Source: Perna viridis
Lineage: Eukaryota
DNA length: 64,000 nucleotides
Assembly: GCA_037379345.1 (NCBI GenBank)
Contig: CM074518.1
Location: forward strand, 21,886,001 to 21,950,000
Direction: 5' to 3'
In this document: in pieces, positions 13,921-27,751 of the stretch
Layout of the letters: the number at the start of each line of letters is the position of its first letter
How positions within the stretch are numbered: position 1 is the first letter of the stretch
The notes under the pieces: model-generated
What the model was told of the DNA's origin: nothing
Database searches by the model: none
The model's input: only the letters and a program-made list of their open reading frames with translations
Program-made: the position numbers and the translations under genes

Positions 13921-16900
13921 TATACATATGTGACACCTGATTTTATATATATATATTCCGGTGTTCTCGGTATTCCAGAAATTCCAACAATTTTAAGTGC
14001 AGCTCAAGTGAAGCTTATGATATAGTGAATCGAGCATTATTCCCAAATATTTTTGACTTCAAATCCTTAAGTAGGCCTCATGGAAACTGTATTAAAAAAT
14101 TTAAGTGCATATGGAAGCTACCCACTGGAGATATTTACACTTAAAATTTTGTTGCGTTCTACTACAGAAAAATACGGGAAAATTTCCAGCAAGGATTTTC
14201 ACATTATAACCAGTCAAAAAATATTTCAGGATACTGCAGATCAAAGGAAATGAACATCGGGAGAGTTGTTTTAGGAGGTAACAAATGTATTTGAACAGTT
14301 TCGTTGATTATTCTGAGATATGATGAATCACTCCTGCCTGATTTTTAGACATTAGCCTTTGAGTATGCTTCGTTAGAATCAGGGTGGTTTTTCACAAAAA
14401 AAAAGATATTTCTACTTAATACTAGACATGCATATCTTTTAGTCATCTCTTGTGTAGTAAGTTTAGTGACTAAGGACAACCAGAAATATATAGACATGGA
14501 AACGTGTGGCGAAAAAATTAGAAAAATCGGATGTTGCGCAACTTGAAGAGTATGGGCACGTCAGGGTCTGCTGTTACGGTGTCAAATTCGTCATGAAAAT
14601 CTTACGAAGTCAAAAATGACTGCTGTAATCGCTTCGATACGGTAAGACTCTATCGAACCACTTATGTAGCTTGTCAAGAAACAAAAAACCTCTATATACA
14701 CGAACATGACCCTAGTTCGAATAGCTGAAGTTTTACTAGTAAATAAAATTGAGGACCAACTATAATGCATATTTAAAGTGAGAGCTTTACTAAGGTAATT
14801 TTGACAATTTTTTCAAATTACCTTGCTTTTGAAAACAGTCGTTGCTTATTTTAATATACAAAAACGGAATAGCTTATATCTGCCCACCGTGTCACACAGA
14901 AGTAAGGTGAATAACATTTTTTTCTCGCCTTGTCCTTTTTATATTTTTGGGGGAAATATTTATAAAGAAAGTAAGAACTAGCGTTTTAACAATACATATT
15001 TTACTACATCGCCAGTCATCTATCTCCAATACTGTTGTGATTGTCTATTAACAGAAGACATGATACAGGCGATACTTTCTGATTTATTCCAACCCATTTC
15101 AATACGACATCGCAAGAACAAATTGCAAAAAAAATACATATACCAAACAACATTTTTTAAAGTTGAAATTGATAACCGTGTGGAAGGGTTCTCTGCTACT
15201 AATTGAAATTATGGAAGTCGAGAAGGTTTTTCAATTTGAGAAACAACAGCCTTTTTATATTACTTCATGTTTGACAAAGGCTATAAAGGAGTTAGTAAAG
15301 TGTAAAGTATTGTCACTTCTATTTAACTCATTTCTATATATATAGGTTCGTTCGGCATTATTCGACACGTTGATTTCACTTAATGTGTGTCTCAGAGAAA
15401 ACCGAATGTAATCGTGATACATTAATTCGACATGTTGTTTTTATTTTATTTCTTTTCTAGTATTCCATGAATTATGTGCGATAAAGATAACTCCCATATT
15501 TATCCATTTTTCAAATAAAAATATAGTAAACTGTTACCTGTATATCATCTGATTAGAAAGTCAAATTGACTTAAATACATTATACCGATGCAGTCGGTTT
15601 TGAGTTCGCTTTAGCATTACGTGATATCAATCTAACCGATGAAGCTTACAATCTCGCATTTCAATGGACAAATGTGGTAATAACCGTGAAATTTAAGGTT
15701 CCATTGGGGGCATTAGTGTCCGGAATATTTTCGATGACTTTTACATATTTAATAATTTTTAATTCATATATTGAATAGTTGCAAATAGTTGAACCAATAA
15801 AATAATTAAAATACGAAATATACATGAAGTACAGTGATCAACCAGTTCACCAAATAAAATCTTAATCAGATTTGGTATTAACAGAGAGAGAATATGCGTC
15901 GGCTATCTTTTTTAAAGACAATTCCTGTTTCAAGTGATTCTAATAATATATCACTTCATGTCTGATCACATTTAATGTTAATAAGACTTCAGTGTAAAAA
16001 AATGACAGTGCCCAGCTCAGCATGATGAAAAAAAATATATCATAAAAGTATTCATTTTATCAATGAATAGACAAAGTAAAAATGCTGGATAGAGGTATAT
16101 TCTGGACACTATATAATGCAAATAGAATGATTACCATCTCATGTGGAATTTAAAATAATAAAATGTGTTTCCGTTTTAAGATTTTTCAAACTTAGTAAAA
16201 CATACATTCCTCAATGCACCCATTCGTCCTTTCAATAATATTTAAAGTTATTCCTAGTTTACTAAATCCAAAATGGTCGAAGCTGATATTTTTTGTTCTA
16301 GCACTAGAAATGATTCAGTACTGATAAATTTTAGATTCGAATTGTGTCCCTTACCACAGATGACAGTTTTTATTGTTAGTTAAAATATTGAGAACTTGCC
16401 ATTTTTTTATCTTCAAAATAATAGTAAATTTCTGATTCAGCTGGAATGCGTTGAATAGCGCAATCACTTTAGTAATGAATTGTACTGGTAGTTAAATTAG
16501 CAAATCCAATACATGACGAAAGTATTGCATTTTAGCGCCAAATTTATTTTGGTTACTATAAAACAAACAAAAAATACCTTTGAGATTTTCCCTCGAGTTT
16601 TATTACACCGTTTCTCTTTTCTATTTTAAAATACTAAAATCCCCACTTTCGATCCATAAATTATTTTAATCTCCAAAATTCTACTCTTTAGTTAACTTCT
16701 TATGTGTCAGAATCAGAATCTAAAATATTGGATTTATAAATATGAAATAAAGTCATATAAATTACATTAATTTAATTTTCCGATACAACAATCAATAGAA
16801 CTTGTTAAAAATGTCTACTGTAGTTGTATGTATGTCAATTATATATTATTATAAAAATTGCCTCTTTTTATACTTTTTCTTATATAAAGATATTTAAAGA

Positions 16901-16957
16901 AGATAAATAGTTAAACAAAGTCTTCACTGCTGAGTTCTTCAAGTCGATGATATCCGT

Positions 16958-16967
16958 GGAAATTCCC
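16958..16967 (-). promoter_or_regulatory. Consensus NF-kappaB site upstream of Ro60 gene 1
   Basis: ggaaattccc reads GGGAATTTCC on the minus strand, an exact GGGRNWYYCC match ~150 bp upstream of the ATG at 17117. Confidence 0.4.
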
Positions 16968-17116
16968 TAATCTAAAAATAGAAACAAGGAGTGTACACTT
17001 CATTCCAAAAGTTATTTCTGTTAGAAGTTAAAACGCAAAATAAGAAGAAATAAAAGTACGCAATAAATTATTTCGTATTTATTGCGTACTATTCAAAACA
17101 ATATTTCATATTTAAA

Positions 17117-17364
17117 ATGGATTCAGAGCTGCATGCACAAATGCAAATCGACAGTGATGAATTCTTTATACAACCTATGGGTGATTCTGTCGATCAAGGC
17201 ACCGAACTTACTTACGACCAAGTCGAAAACAGTACAGGTGGCTTTGTATACAAAGTATCAGACTTAACTCGTGTGTTGAGGTTCTTGTGTTTGGGGACCG
17301 AAGGTGGGACTTACTATGCCAAAGAGGTGGACTTGAAACGGGAAAATGTCCGTTGTATAGACAG
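17117..17364 (+). CDS. RO60: Ro60 paralog 1, exon 1
   Basis: MDSELHAQ..QVENSTGGFVYKVSDLTRVLRFLCLGTEGGTYYAKE..CID-R; donor AG|gtacaa, phase 2. Confidence 0.9.
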
Positions 17365-18462
17365 GTACAAATCGCTATTCAAATAGTTGATGTGATGACG
17401 ATTTTATGATCGGATCTTTAAAATTAATTCATTCATTTTATACAATTGTTAAAACAAAATATTATCTCTTTTCCTCTCGTGGATTAAATTAATTCGTATG
17501 ACTACGGGGCGCCGAATGGGACTTGATTTTTTTGTAATCAAAATCAATTTTGTGTACACAAAATTGAATTCCTTCACAACAAAATCATTTTTGTAGTACA
17601 AAACTATGTTACACAGACTAGTTTTATGATCTCTTCATTTTGTAATAACTAAATCATTTTTTTTTAGACAAAATTCAATTTTGTGAGACAAAATTTAAGT
17701 CTTTGTCACAAAAGTCAACAACATTGAATAATAAGTGATTGAAATAACATAAACACATGTAATGGGGAAATAATATAAAACGTGTAACGGGGATATTACA
17801 TAAATGCAATGGGAAAATATATGAACACTAATCTGTAGTTAATGATTTTAGAAAAGTGATCGATTTTTGTCACCATAAAATTCCTTCAAAAAAACATGAC
17901 TTAATTAGGTAAGCAATAAAAAGTAAGATGGATTAAATCTTACTAACTGAAGAAGCAGCGGGGATTTCATATTGGACATTTAAAAAAATCAAGATATAGT
18001 ATTCCTAAGGTTTCATTTTTCCCTTTTTTTAAATGATTTTAAGTCTATACCATTTCATGATTTTTTCCTAGAAAATATACTCGGGTTGTTGAAATGGGAC
18101 TTTTCCTTTTGCGCCACAACTCTTTTACGCCAGTACTCTTTTTTTCGCGAGTTTGCTTTTCGATTTCCATAGTACAATTGCGCCAATAAATTAATGATTC
18201 TTTTGCACCAGAATATAGGTAAATTTATATTTGTTATTATTTTTGTGCTATATTAGATGGGTGGTGTGGTTATTGTATGTTATTACATTAGCTGCGTGGT
18301 GTGGTTATTGTATGTTATTTGCAATTTTAAAAATCTCTTTGGCAAATTATATAATTAAAAAATGATACTTTTATTTTACTTAATAATGTAAATTTAACTG
18401 CGATTTTTTTTATCCAATTGTATCATTTTGTTTATTCTGTTACGCTAACAATTATATATTTA

Positions 18463-18700
18463 CCTGGTGTGGGGTTCTCGAAGCTGTCCTGAGATATGTC
18501 CAAAGTCACGTCCAAAAACCAACTTTAGGGTGAAGTTAGGATCATCTTATGACAATGTAAGGTTGAGCCTTGAAGCTAGGATGAAAATTGCGACTCGTCT
18601 TAACTTATGATAGCCTCAAGAACACGACTTACGACAGAGACGAATCCTAGTCTTAGGACACGTCTTATCCCTAAGATAGCTCCGAGAAACCCACCCCTGG
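18463..18700. mobile_element. MITE with ~23-bp terminal inverted repeats in the intron of Ro60 paralog 1
   Basis: cctggtgtggggttctcgaagct ... agctccgagaaacccacccctgg (19/23 inverted match). Confidence 0.6.
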
Positions 18701-19446
18701 ACATCAAATTATGTGGCATCAGTTATCTACAATTTTGTGTACACATAAAACGAGTAGTTTCAGAACACGTACTGGTACTCAAACGTGTTTTGCCAGTTTA
18801 GAAAAGTTTGACGTATTAGCTTTTGTAGGCAAAATTTTGAAGCATTTGAGATTAGATGTTCCTGCAATATTACAAGATCAAAATGAAAAGTTGACAATTA
18901 GTGTTTAAAAATCCGCAACTCGGAAAAAACTATATGTTAAGATTTTTAATACTATGTAATTATAACCATTATTAATCATAGTTTTAAAGTATCCTTTTAA
19001 TTATCCTATTTGGTTTTGTTCAACTGTGGAAATATAATTACAGATTTCATTGTTTCATCAACTTCCAGAGAAAGTTGAAATCACATTAATCTTTACACTT
19101 TAACAAAATTCCATAAAGATGAGGCTAGGTAGGTTATTTGTTTGAAAAACAAACCTCAGATCTGGTGAACATGACGAATGACTGAATACTTAGTCCGAAT
19201 TTTTTTTTTTAAATTGGTTGGGCACAATAGTATTTTGTATTTGTGACCATGATATCATATTAACAATTAATCCACAGTTTTCTTAGTAATAGTTAATTGG
19301 AAGCGTGACCTCAAATTACAGAATTTGAGAATTTTAAGTACATTTAATTTGGTGGTGAGACTGTAATCGAAAATACATTACGATTGAGTTGGAGGTTAAT
19401 CGTCTCTAGTATCATATGTTATCTTTAATATATATTTACATTTCAG

Positions 19447-20875
19447 ACTTATCATGGAAGGACGAGGCCTAGAAGTGGTTGACCTGATTTACAAAGTGAG
19501 CATAGAGGGACGAGCTTGTAAACAAGGACCGACGTTATTCGCTCTAGCCATATGTTCAAGATGCAACGAACCGAAAACCAAAGCCGCTGCATACAAAATT
19601 CTTAGCAGTGTTTGTCGTATACCTACACATTTGTTTGAGTTCGTTAAGTATTGCGAAGGTGAAAGTGCAGGAACGGGATGGGGGAGAGCTCACAGGGTCG
19701 CTATAGGAAAGTGGTACAATAATTTCTCAAAGAATCCGAAGAAACTCGCATATCTTGTAACGAAATACCAAACCCGTCACTCATGGAGTCACCGCGATGT
19801 CATTAGATTGGCACATGTTAAACCGGAAGATAACAAAATCGGTTTCATTTTGAAATACGTTGTTAAAGATATGGAAAGCGCACTTGTCGACTATCACACA
19901 GACCAGTCAATCGTTGATGTTAAAACTTTTTTAGATGCCGTTGAAGAAGCAAAGAAATGCAAAAAGGCTGACATCGAAAAAATGAGAGCTTTGATTGTTG
20001 AACATCAACTCGTTCGTGAACATGTTCCGACTAGTCTTTTGAATTCGAAAGAAATATGGGACACATTACTTCGGCTGATGCCCATGACTGCTACTATTCG
20101 AAACCTTGGGAAAATGTCCAACTTAGGTCTGCTTGATGTTGATTCTTTCGGCGAAAACTTGGTATGTTCTAAGCTAGAAAATTCGGAAATTCTGAAGTCT
20201 GCTCGGATCCACCCTTTTAGCCTTCTTGTAGCTTGGAATCAGTACAAGACAGGTCACGGCAAAAAAGGTAGCTTATCCTGGACGGTAAATGAGAAAATCA
20301 CTAAATCATTAGAGACATCTTTCTACAAATCATTTCAATACGTCCCAGCAACTGGTAAGCGCTATCTCCTCGCAGTTGATGTTAGCGGCTCTATGCGTTG
20401 CCCCGTAATTGGGGCAGCAGCAATAGAAGCTTTTGAAGCTTCAGCAGCAATGATGCTTTTGACAGCGAAGACCGAAAGTAATTACGAGGTTATTGCTTTT
20501 TCAAGGGGGCACACAAAACTACAAATAACTAAAGAAGATACATTACAAACTGTCCTTAAAAAGTGTACATATTTACCCTTCAGTGGTACAGACTGTTCCA
20601 TGCCAATGATGTATGCTATTGAAAATAAAAAGAAATTCGATGTTTTCATCGTGTATACCGACTCTGAGACATATCACGGTAAAATGCATCCATCAGAGGC
20701 ACTCAAGCAGTATCGTGAATATGCGAAGATTTTCGATGCTCGCCTTATTGTCGTCGGAATGGCCAGCACAGGGTTTTCAATAGCAGATCCTAACGATCCA
20801 TTTATGATGGACGTCGTTGGGTTCGACACGGAAGCTCCAAAGGCAATGGCAAACTTTGTCAAGGGGGAGTTTTAA
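19447..20875 (+). CDS. RO60: Ro60 paralog 1, exon 2 (TROVE + vWA, MIDAS intact); spliced protein 558 aa
   Basis: Acceptor tttcag|A CTT ATC ATG. Motifs: CRIPTHLF, GWGRA, TKYQTRHSWSHRDVIRLAHVKP, REHVPT, MPMTATIRNLGKM, ARIHP, LLAVDVSGSM, GTDCSMPM, YTDSET, SIADPND..MMDVVGFD. Confidence 0.95.
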
Positions 20876-22233
20876 AGTTCTGTTCGTTTGCATGGAAAGT
20901 TAGAACTAATATAGACATTAAATAACTGCCTTCTATTTGTATTGTCTCAAAATCTTCGGCCCGAAACTTACACTGTCACAGTATCAAATTTATCATATTA
21001 TTACATGTGACAAAATATTTTCCTAATCTCATTTTTCCCTTTGCATTCTTGTTAATCAAATACTTTTAGTTTTGAAAATTTTCATCTGAACTCACAACGA
21101 ATGTTCCTTATACCAAAGAACTACAGATTTAGTAAACTTGTTGACTAGTAAACTTCATCGATATGTATGTAAATATGTATGGTTTATCAAATAAATAATG
21201 AAGTTGTCGTGTTCGGGATAGCCCGACTCGTACATGTACAGTAAGTAAATATTGGAAAACAACCAAAGTCGCTTACAATGTATGTCCCATCTATATTAAG
21301 TAACATACCAAATTCGAAACCAATCCATTCAATGGGTGCCTAGATTTGTCTCTATCATTCCTTAAAATGCGAAAACGGCCAAGTCCCACAAAACAGGAAG
21401 TTGAATCGGACAGCACTCAAAACTGCTTACAACGTATGCTGCGTCTAAATAAAACCAAACATCAAATTTGAAATCAATCTATTAAATGGGAGCCGAGATA
21501 ATTTCGACGACAGTTTACTTACATTTATAAATCGTACTGTTATACATGTTGCAATGAATATATTTTTTTAATTTTATTTATATTTGATATTTTCCTGTTT
21601 CCATTTCCATATTGCTATTGGAAAGGATGTGCATAGGCCCCCAGGGGTGTAATTTCCTAATTACCACTTCACGTGGGTGCGCCAAAAATATGGGTATGGT
21701 TTTCATTAACAGTTATATGTTTGTTAAACCTGCAGCTATCCGATCATTCTGATTTGATGTCATAAACAAAATGTGTCAATTGAACTGACAAGAGTATGAT
21801 TTTCAATATAAAGATCTATCTTGATAATACAAACCAGCAGTCGAATTTATAGTTGCCGCCAAGATCTGATGGACTAATCGGTTTCATTACAAACTATAAA
21901 TACCACTTCTTATGAATATTCAGAGGCATTGCTATTGTATATCGGGAAACAAACGACTAACAAATACATACACTAATTTTAGAATGAGAACTGAAAAAGA
22001 TGTAAACCAAGAGTATCAAAGTCAAACAAATATTTAACCAATTGACTATTCAAACAAAACTTTACTTAATTAATATAAAAATATATCATTGCAATAGTTT
22101 GTATATTTCCGGTAAATTCCCCTTTTCTATTTACGTTCGTTGTTCACTTCTGTCAGTTGTTACGAAGTAAAACGACCAAGAAATATACAAAAAGTTACCC
22201 CCAAAGACGGCATAATCATTTGGACAGTGTATA

Positions 22234-22370
22234 ATGGAGACTGCATCGTCAGTTGGTGATTTCGAACTTTTAAGTCGATTTTTGATATATGGTAGGGAAG
22301 ACGGGGTGTATTTTGCAGAGTATAACCGTAATATTGGAGACATAAATAGATACACAAGAAGTCTTGACCG
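22234..22370 (+). CDS. Ro60 paralog 2, exon 1 (short, divergent; not in the ORF track)
   Basis: METASSVGDFELLSRFLIYGREDGVYFAEYNRNIGDINRYTRSLD-R. RFLIYGREDGVYF aligns to RFLCLGTEGGTYY. Donor CG|gtaagt, phase 2, in frame with the acceptor at 26284. Confidence 0.8.
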
Positions 22371-22435
22371 GTAAGTTCTTTTATCCATCAGAACTTTCAG
22401 TCTATTAGTGCTATTTACCAATTTAATTATCATCA

Positions 22436-23350
22436 TTTTATGCCCCCGCGACAATCGTCGGGGACATATTAGTTTACCCCTTGTCCGTCCGTCTGTCGCA
22501 GCGTCCGGATTACACATGATCATGGCTTGTCCGGCTATCTCCTCGTACAGTTTTTGAACTACATCTAATATATTTTACAGGATGTTTCCACACATGATGA
22601 AGGTGTGCAGAGGCAAAGGATTTTGATTTTCGTGAAATATTACGGATATTGGTGATAGTTACACTTAGTCATTTTATTCAGAAATATATAGATCATGGCT
22701 TGTCCGGCTATCTCCTCATACAGTTTTTTGAACTACATCTAAACTATTTTTTGCAGGATGTTTCTACATATAATGATGGTGTGCAAGGTCATAGGATCAT
22801 GATTTTCATGAAATATTTCGGAAATTGGTGAAAGTTAGACTTAGTCATTTTCATCAGAAATAGGGCTATATGGCTTAAAATCTCCTCATCTGAAATATTT
22901 TTTGCAGGATGTTTCTACACACAGTGATTGTGTCCAAGGTTATCGGATCTTGATTTTCATGAAACATTACTGAACTGGGTGATAGTTAGACTTTCTAGTT
23001 TTTGTCAGAAATATATCCCCAGCAACAAAGTTAGGGATTCTTTATTGGGGGTATTAACATTTTTTATGTGTCCGTCAGTCCGTTCGTCAGTCCTCTTTTT
23101 CACATCGCAAATAGTCTGACACTATTTTGCCAGGATACAATATGTAGATATGCGTATATTTAGGAATTTCTGATCCTCATATTGATCCCCATTTTTTTTT
23201 CGAGTTACGATACTGGAACAGTTTGTTATTGCAAGTCTTGGAAGGATTGAACTGAACCATCAGAGCCTGAGTATCACAAGTCTTGGAAGGATTTCTTACA
23301 GACACATTTGATTTACTATAAAAAAAAATCGTTACTAACAAATGACGCGG
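22436..23350 (+). mobile_element. Non-autonomous Helentron/HINE-like element with internal ~170-bp tandem repeats
   Basis: Starts ttttatgcccccgcga..cggggacata..gtccgtccgtctgtc. Repeated units gatcatggcttgtccggctatctcctc..aggatgtttc.aca occur at ~22518 and ~22691, with a degenerate one at ~22870. Confidence 0.5.
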
Positions 23351-24489
23351 GGGCTTCTGTGATAAGCAGGGCTTTTAGTTTTCTTTTTTGCTTCTTTTAT
23401 TTCACCACATGATATGATGCGTCGTCTGCGTCCTAGCAGATTTTTTGTTTCCGGGTATTTAATGTATCTGTATTAATTTGTACCGTGGGAGGTTCATAAC
23501 AATTAAGAATAGAATAGGGGATGTTTAAGTGACCTGAACCGCTTAAAAAGTGCTACAGAAACATGCATTTTTCTTATGTCCGGACATGAACACATATAAC
23601 AGGAGTGGATATGGCGAATAAGTCGAAGAGACAACAGCCCCGCCGGGAACAGCGGATGAAAAATGTCGACTCAAGGCTACCTATGGGTTATTGATGAACG
23701 ATGGATGAAGAAACCTTCACACAACAGGGCCGGCTGTAGCTGCAATATGCATAAGTGAATGGTTCCTTTTAACTTGTATCAAAAAGTGCCATACCACAAA
23801 AGAAAGGCTGGTATTGATTTCAGGAGTTCTGACAGGAACCATCTATGAATGATTAAGAGGTTAACATGGCCACGGTCACATAAATTTATTTTTTGGGGTT
23901 AGACATAAGTTTTTCGCATATTCTGACTGGGTAAAATTGTTTAGTATGATGAGATCTATTTGTAGACAAAATTTCGTTTTAATTCGTTAAGCCATGTTTG
24001 AGTTATTGCCCTTTTTGGACAGTCTTTTTGCTCTTTTTAATATTTGTTTTCTTTCAAAAATCGTCTCCTCTGACATAACTTGACCTATTAGATACAAACA
24101 CACAAGCTTGATATGAAAGTTCCTTGGGATATCCTGCATAGAACTATATTATGATAAGGCCGACAAATGTCAGCAATGGATCAAAGTTATCGGACGACTC
24201 CTTTTTAGAGTTATTGCCCTTGAAATGCGAGAAATGTTGCTTTTAGCAGTTGACATACTAGTGTTCTAGGGTATCCTGCATAAAGTGATCGTTTAAAATT
24301 TTTCATTGGCCGAATAACATGGCCGTTGTTACTAAAAAGTGAACATAGGGGTAAAAATACTTTTTTTTTGCTATTTTTCCTCAACTATATTTAACCCGCG
24401 GAAAAAAAGGAACAGTTGTGAATGACCTGTCATGGAGTAAACTTGTTTCCCTGTTCCATCTGTTCAAAGTCTTTGAGTAGATTGGATAG

Positions 24490-24975
24490 TTTAAACAGAC
24501 TCATATCACAACTCATACGTTATGCCGAAACTACGTAGACTTTTTGTATCGCGCTAGAATTCTAACAAATAGGCTTCTGGAACAGGGTTATATTGCTACA
24601 AGATTGAAGTTTTATGGTCGTCATCATGAACTCGTGGATCGTGTCGGTGTATCCATCTGCGCCATGAAAACCGATTTGTTCAGCGTTTCTTAGTTTTCCT
24701 TTCCTCTTTCGTCTACCACGGTCTTGACATTTTTATGAGCAACTCGGCGGGTGTTTCTAGAAAAGCAAAGGACGCTTACCCTACCGATGCACCTGGTCCA
24801 TGCTCCCAGTTTTTGGTGGAGTCCGAGTTACTCATTTGCTGTTGTTACTTTGTATGTATGATTTCAGTTACTTTGTGTTCTTTGTTGTCTATGTCTGTTT
24901 TCCATTTCTGGTTTTTGTTCCTGGATTGCATTCTTTTGATTGCTGCTACAACCTTGGTTCCCTTGATTACTCTTA
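24490..24975 (+). mobile_element. Penelope-like retroelement 3' fragment
   Basis: Remnants ISQLIRYA..LTNRLLEQGY..FYGRHHELVDR, followed by the family tail (gcttaccctaccgatgcacctggtccatgctcccag). An inverted copy lies at 33340-33800. Confidence 0.55.
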
Positions 24976-25397
24976 ATTTAAGAATAATGAAGATAAACGC
25001 TACTCATAATATAAACATGATATTCTAAGACGTCAGGCAGTATTGATATTTTTAGGAAGCCATTTTTAGAATGGCTGCAATTTGGCGATCACTTTCACTG
25101 ATTGCTCTGATTCCAATTATTTTTTTAGGAAACATGCTTGCATTTTAAGTTGAATGGTGTTCTGGACGGCCATTTTCCATGCTGCTTATTTTATACTTGC
25201 TTTGATTTCAATGATTGTTGGTTTATATAGTAAACATGGTCTCCTGAATTGAATGATGATGATGATGAAAATGTTGTATAGCCATGATTTAACTTCATTT
25301 TATGTTCTTTTTCAGCCATGTATATTAGGCTTATGCCCCCCTCAGACCCGGTAGAATATCAGAGCATAGGGTTAATGCACTTTGAAGTCATTTCAAA

Positions 25398-25748
25398 CAT
25401 TCTGTGTAAGAATCAGGCAATGAGTGGCGCACCATTTTTCTCAATTTGATCTTTTTTGCCTCAAACATACTCAAACACATCTAGAAAAGCTATTTGAAAT
25501 ATTGAAGCATTTGTGACGTAGATATTTTTTGACTGCTTATATAAGGGAAAAATTCGGGATAATTTTCCCGCCATTTTACATTTTAACTAAATTTGACTAA
25601 CATTATTATAAAGGCAAACTTTACAAACAATGGAACAGTAATTTCTTGAGGTTATGAGGTATAAATACTTAAATAATGCAATCAATTTTTCTTCCTCATG
25701 TGTCACACCATATACACATTATACCCGATTCTTAAACGGAGAAGTACT
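25398..25748. mobile_element. MITE, same family as 51643-52005
   Basis: cattctgtgtaagaatcaggcaat ... gattcttaaacggagaagtac, co-linear with the 51.6-52.0 kb copy. Confidence 0.65.
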
Positions 25749-26283
25749 GAACAGAATCTTAGGCACTCAGTTGAACTTACAGCATTCTTTAATAATTATG
25801 CTCTTTTCAGCATTTTTTGTTAAACATGACTTAAAAAAGCATGAAACCTTTACTTTCTTAGTTCATAGGGCATGGTTTTCCTGGTGAGCGATTTGCGCTC
25901 TTCGAGAGCCTCGTGTTTTGTAGTGATGTGAATTTCTCGAGAATTTGTAACACACAAAAATAAAGCGTTGCATGAACTGCAGCTATGTGTCTTGTTAAAT
26001 ATGAGATAGCCGATGAACATGCTCAGTATACACAATGTGCACTTTTGCGAAGAAAATCTAAGCTCCACCTCAAAGAAGAAACTGTCATGTATACAGCTGG
26101 AGCTGATGTTTTTTTTTTAATCCTGGTATGGTTGTTGTCTCTGACATATTCACCAATTCCATTCTCGTTATACTCATCGCCTTAACACGAAAGTGTATAT
26201 AATACATATTTATCAACACTGCTGATTATACTTAAAACACAGACTTAGTTGCACTAGTTTAAAAGAGTCATTTCTACTTTCAG

Positions 26284-27751
26284 ATTGATATCGGACGGTA
26301 AAGGAAAGGAAGTTGTAAAATTAATCAGAACTATTAGCAACGAGGGTCGTGCACCAAGACAAACAACCCTTCTGTACGCCTTGTCGCAGTGTGCAAGATC
26401 TAATGACATTCAAACCAAAAAGGCTGCATATCACGCTATAATAGACATTTGTCGGATCCCAACGCACCTTTTTCTTTTTGTCAAATTTGTAACGAAAAAG
26501 GGGAGCAATGGAGTTAGAGGGGGCTGGGGAAGAGCCACGAGAAAAGCTTTGTCAGAATGGTACAATCAGGAACGTTTCAAAAGCAATCCAAAGAGTCTTG
26601 TGCGAAAATGTACGAAATATCGAAAACGACATTCTTACACTCATAGGGATATTCTGAGGCTTGCGCATGTTAAACCTAAATCAAGCCACACCAGTCTTGT
26701 GCTTCAGTATCTTATTGAAGGGAAATATGCAGATTTTTATACTAGTAGTACAAATGTTTCAGACGGCATTGTTAATGAAACTAAAATTTTCATATTAGCG
26801 GTTGAGGAAGCAAAGCGCTGCACAAGAGAGCACATTGCTCGTTTGGCACAGCTAATTCGTCAACACCAGTTAGCAGTAGAACACATACCAAATAACCTCC
26901 TGGATTCCCCAGCCATTTGGCAGGCTTTAGTCTATCAGATGCCAATGTGTGCAATGATTCGGAATTTAGGACGAATGTCTAGTGTGGGGATTTTAAGGCC
27001 GGATTCTCTCGAAGAAAATCACGTAGTCGAAAGACTGCAAGAACAAGATAGATTACGAAAAGCGAGAATACATCCTCTAAATATATTAACAGCGTGGAAT
27101 GTTTATAAATGCGGTAAGGCCTTCAGTAGTGAAACCCCTATACGATGGGATGTCAATGGTAAAATTTCTTTGGCGCTGGAGAGAGCATTCTATCTTTCTT
27201 TTCCAACACCAAATCCCTCCGGCAAAAAGATACTTCTGGCAATCGACAATGGTACGAACATGCTCAACCATGTCATTGGAATGCCCATCGTCACAGCAAG
27301 AGGCGCAGCAGTTGCCTTGGCTCTTTACATGTCCAAGATAGAAACAGAAAACAGTTTGAAAGTTATCTCTGTTGTAAGCAATGCCACAGAGGAAATCTCA
27401 ATTTCACCAAACGATAATTTAGAAAGTTTATCCCGAAGGTTTGCTATAGTGGCCAGTTCTTCTTCAACAAGTGATTCGGCCCAACCAGTTCGTTGGTGCA
27501 TACAAAAACGAGAAAAATATGACGCCATTGTATACCTGTCTACGACAACTTCCTTTAGAACAGATAGCCCATCAGCTTGCATGCGTTATTATCGACAGTT
27601 TTCAAACATACACAATGCACGCTATGTAGCCGTTTCATTGTCAAGTAAAGACGGACAACCTATCGACTCCAATGACCAGTACATGCTCAGTGTCGTCGGA
27701 TTCGATACCGCGGCATTAAATGTTATTCTAGACTTTATAAGACGACCATAA
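26284..27751 (+). CDS. Ro60-like paralog 2, exon 2 (divergent; MIDAS degenerate); spliced protein 534 aa
   Basis: Acceptor tttcag|A TTG ATA. Motifs: CRIPTHLF, GWGRATRK, TKYRKRHSYTHRDILRLAHVKP, MPMCAMIRNLGRM, ARIHP, LLAIDNGTNM, MLSVVGFD. The ORF is uninterrupted. Confidence 0.93.

Noticed and set aside
11000-16900. Remnant exon 2 for orphan exon A or B
   Set aside because: No Ro60 body motif was recognised by eye, only repeat fragments. tblastn would be needed to exclude a highly decayed remnant.
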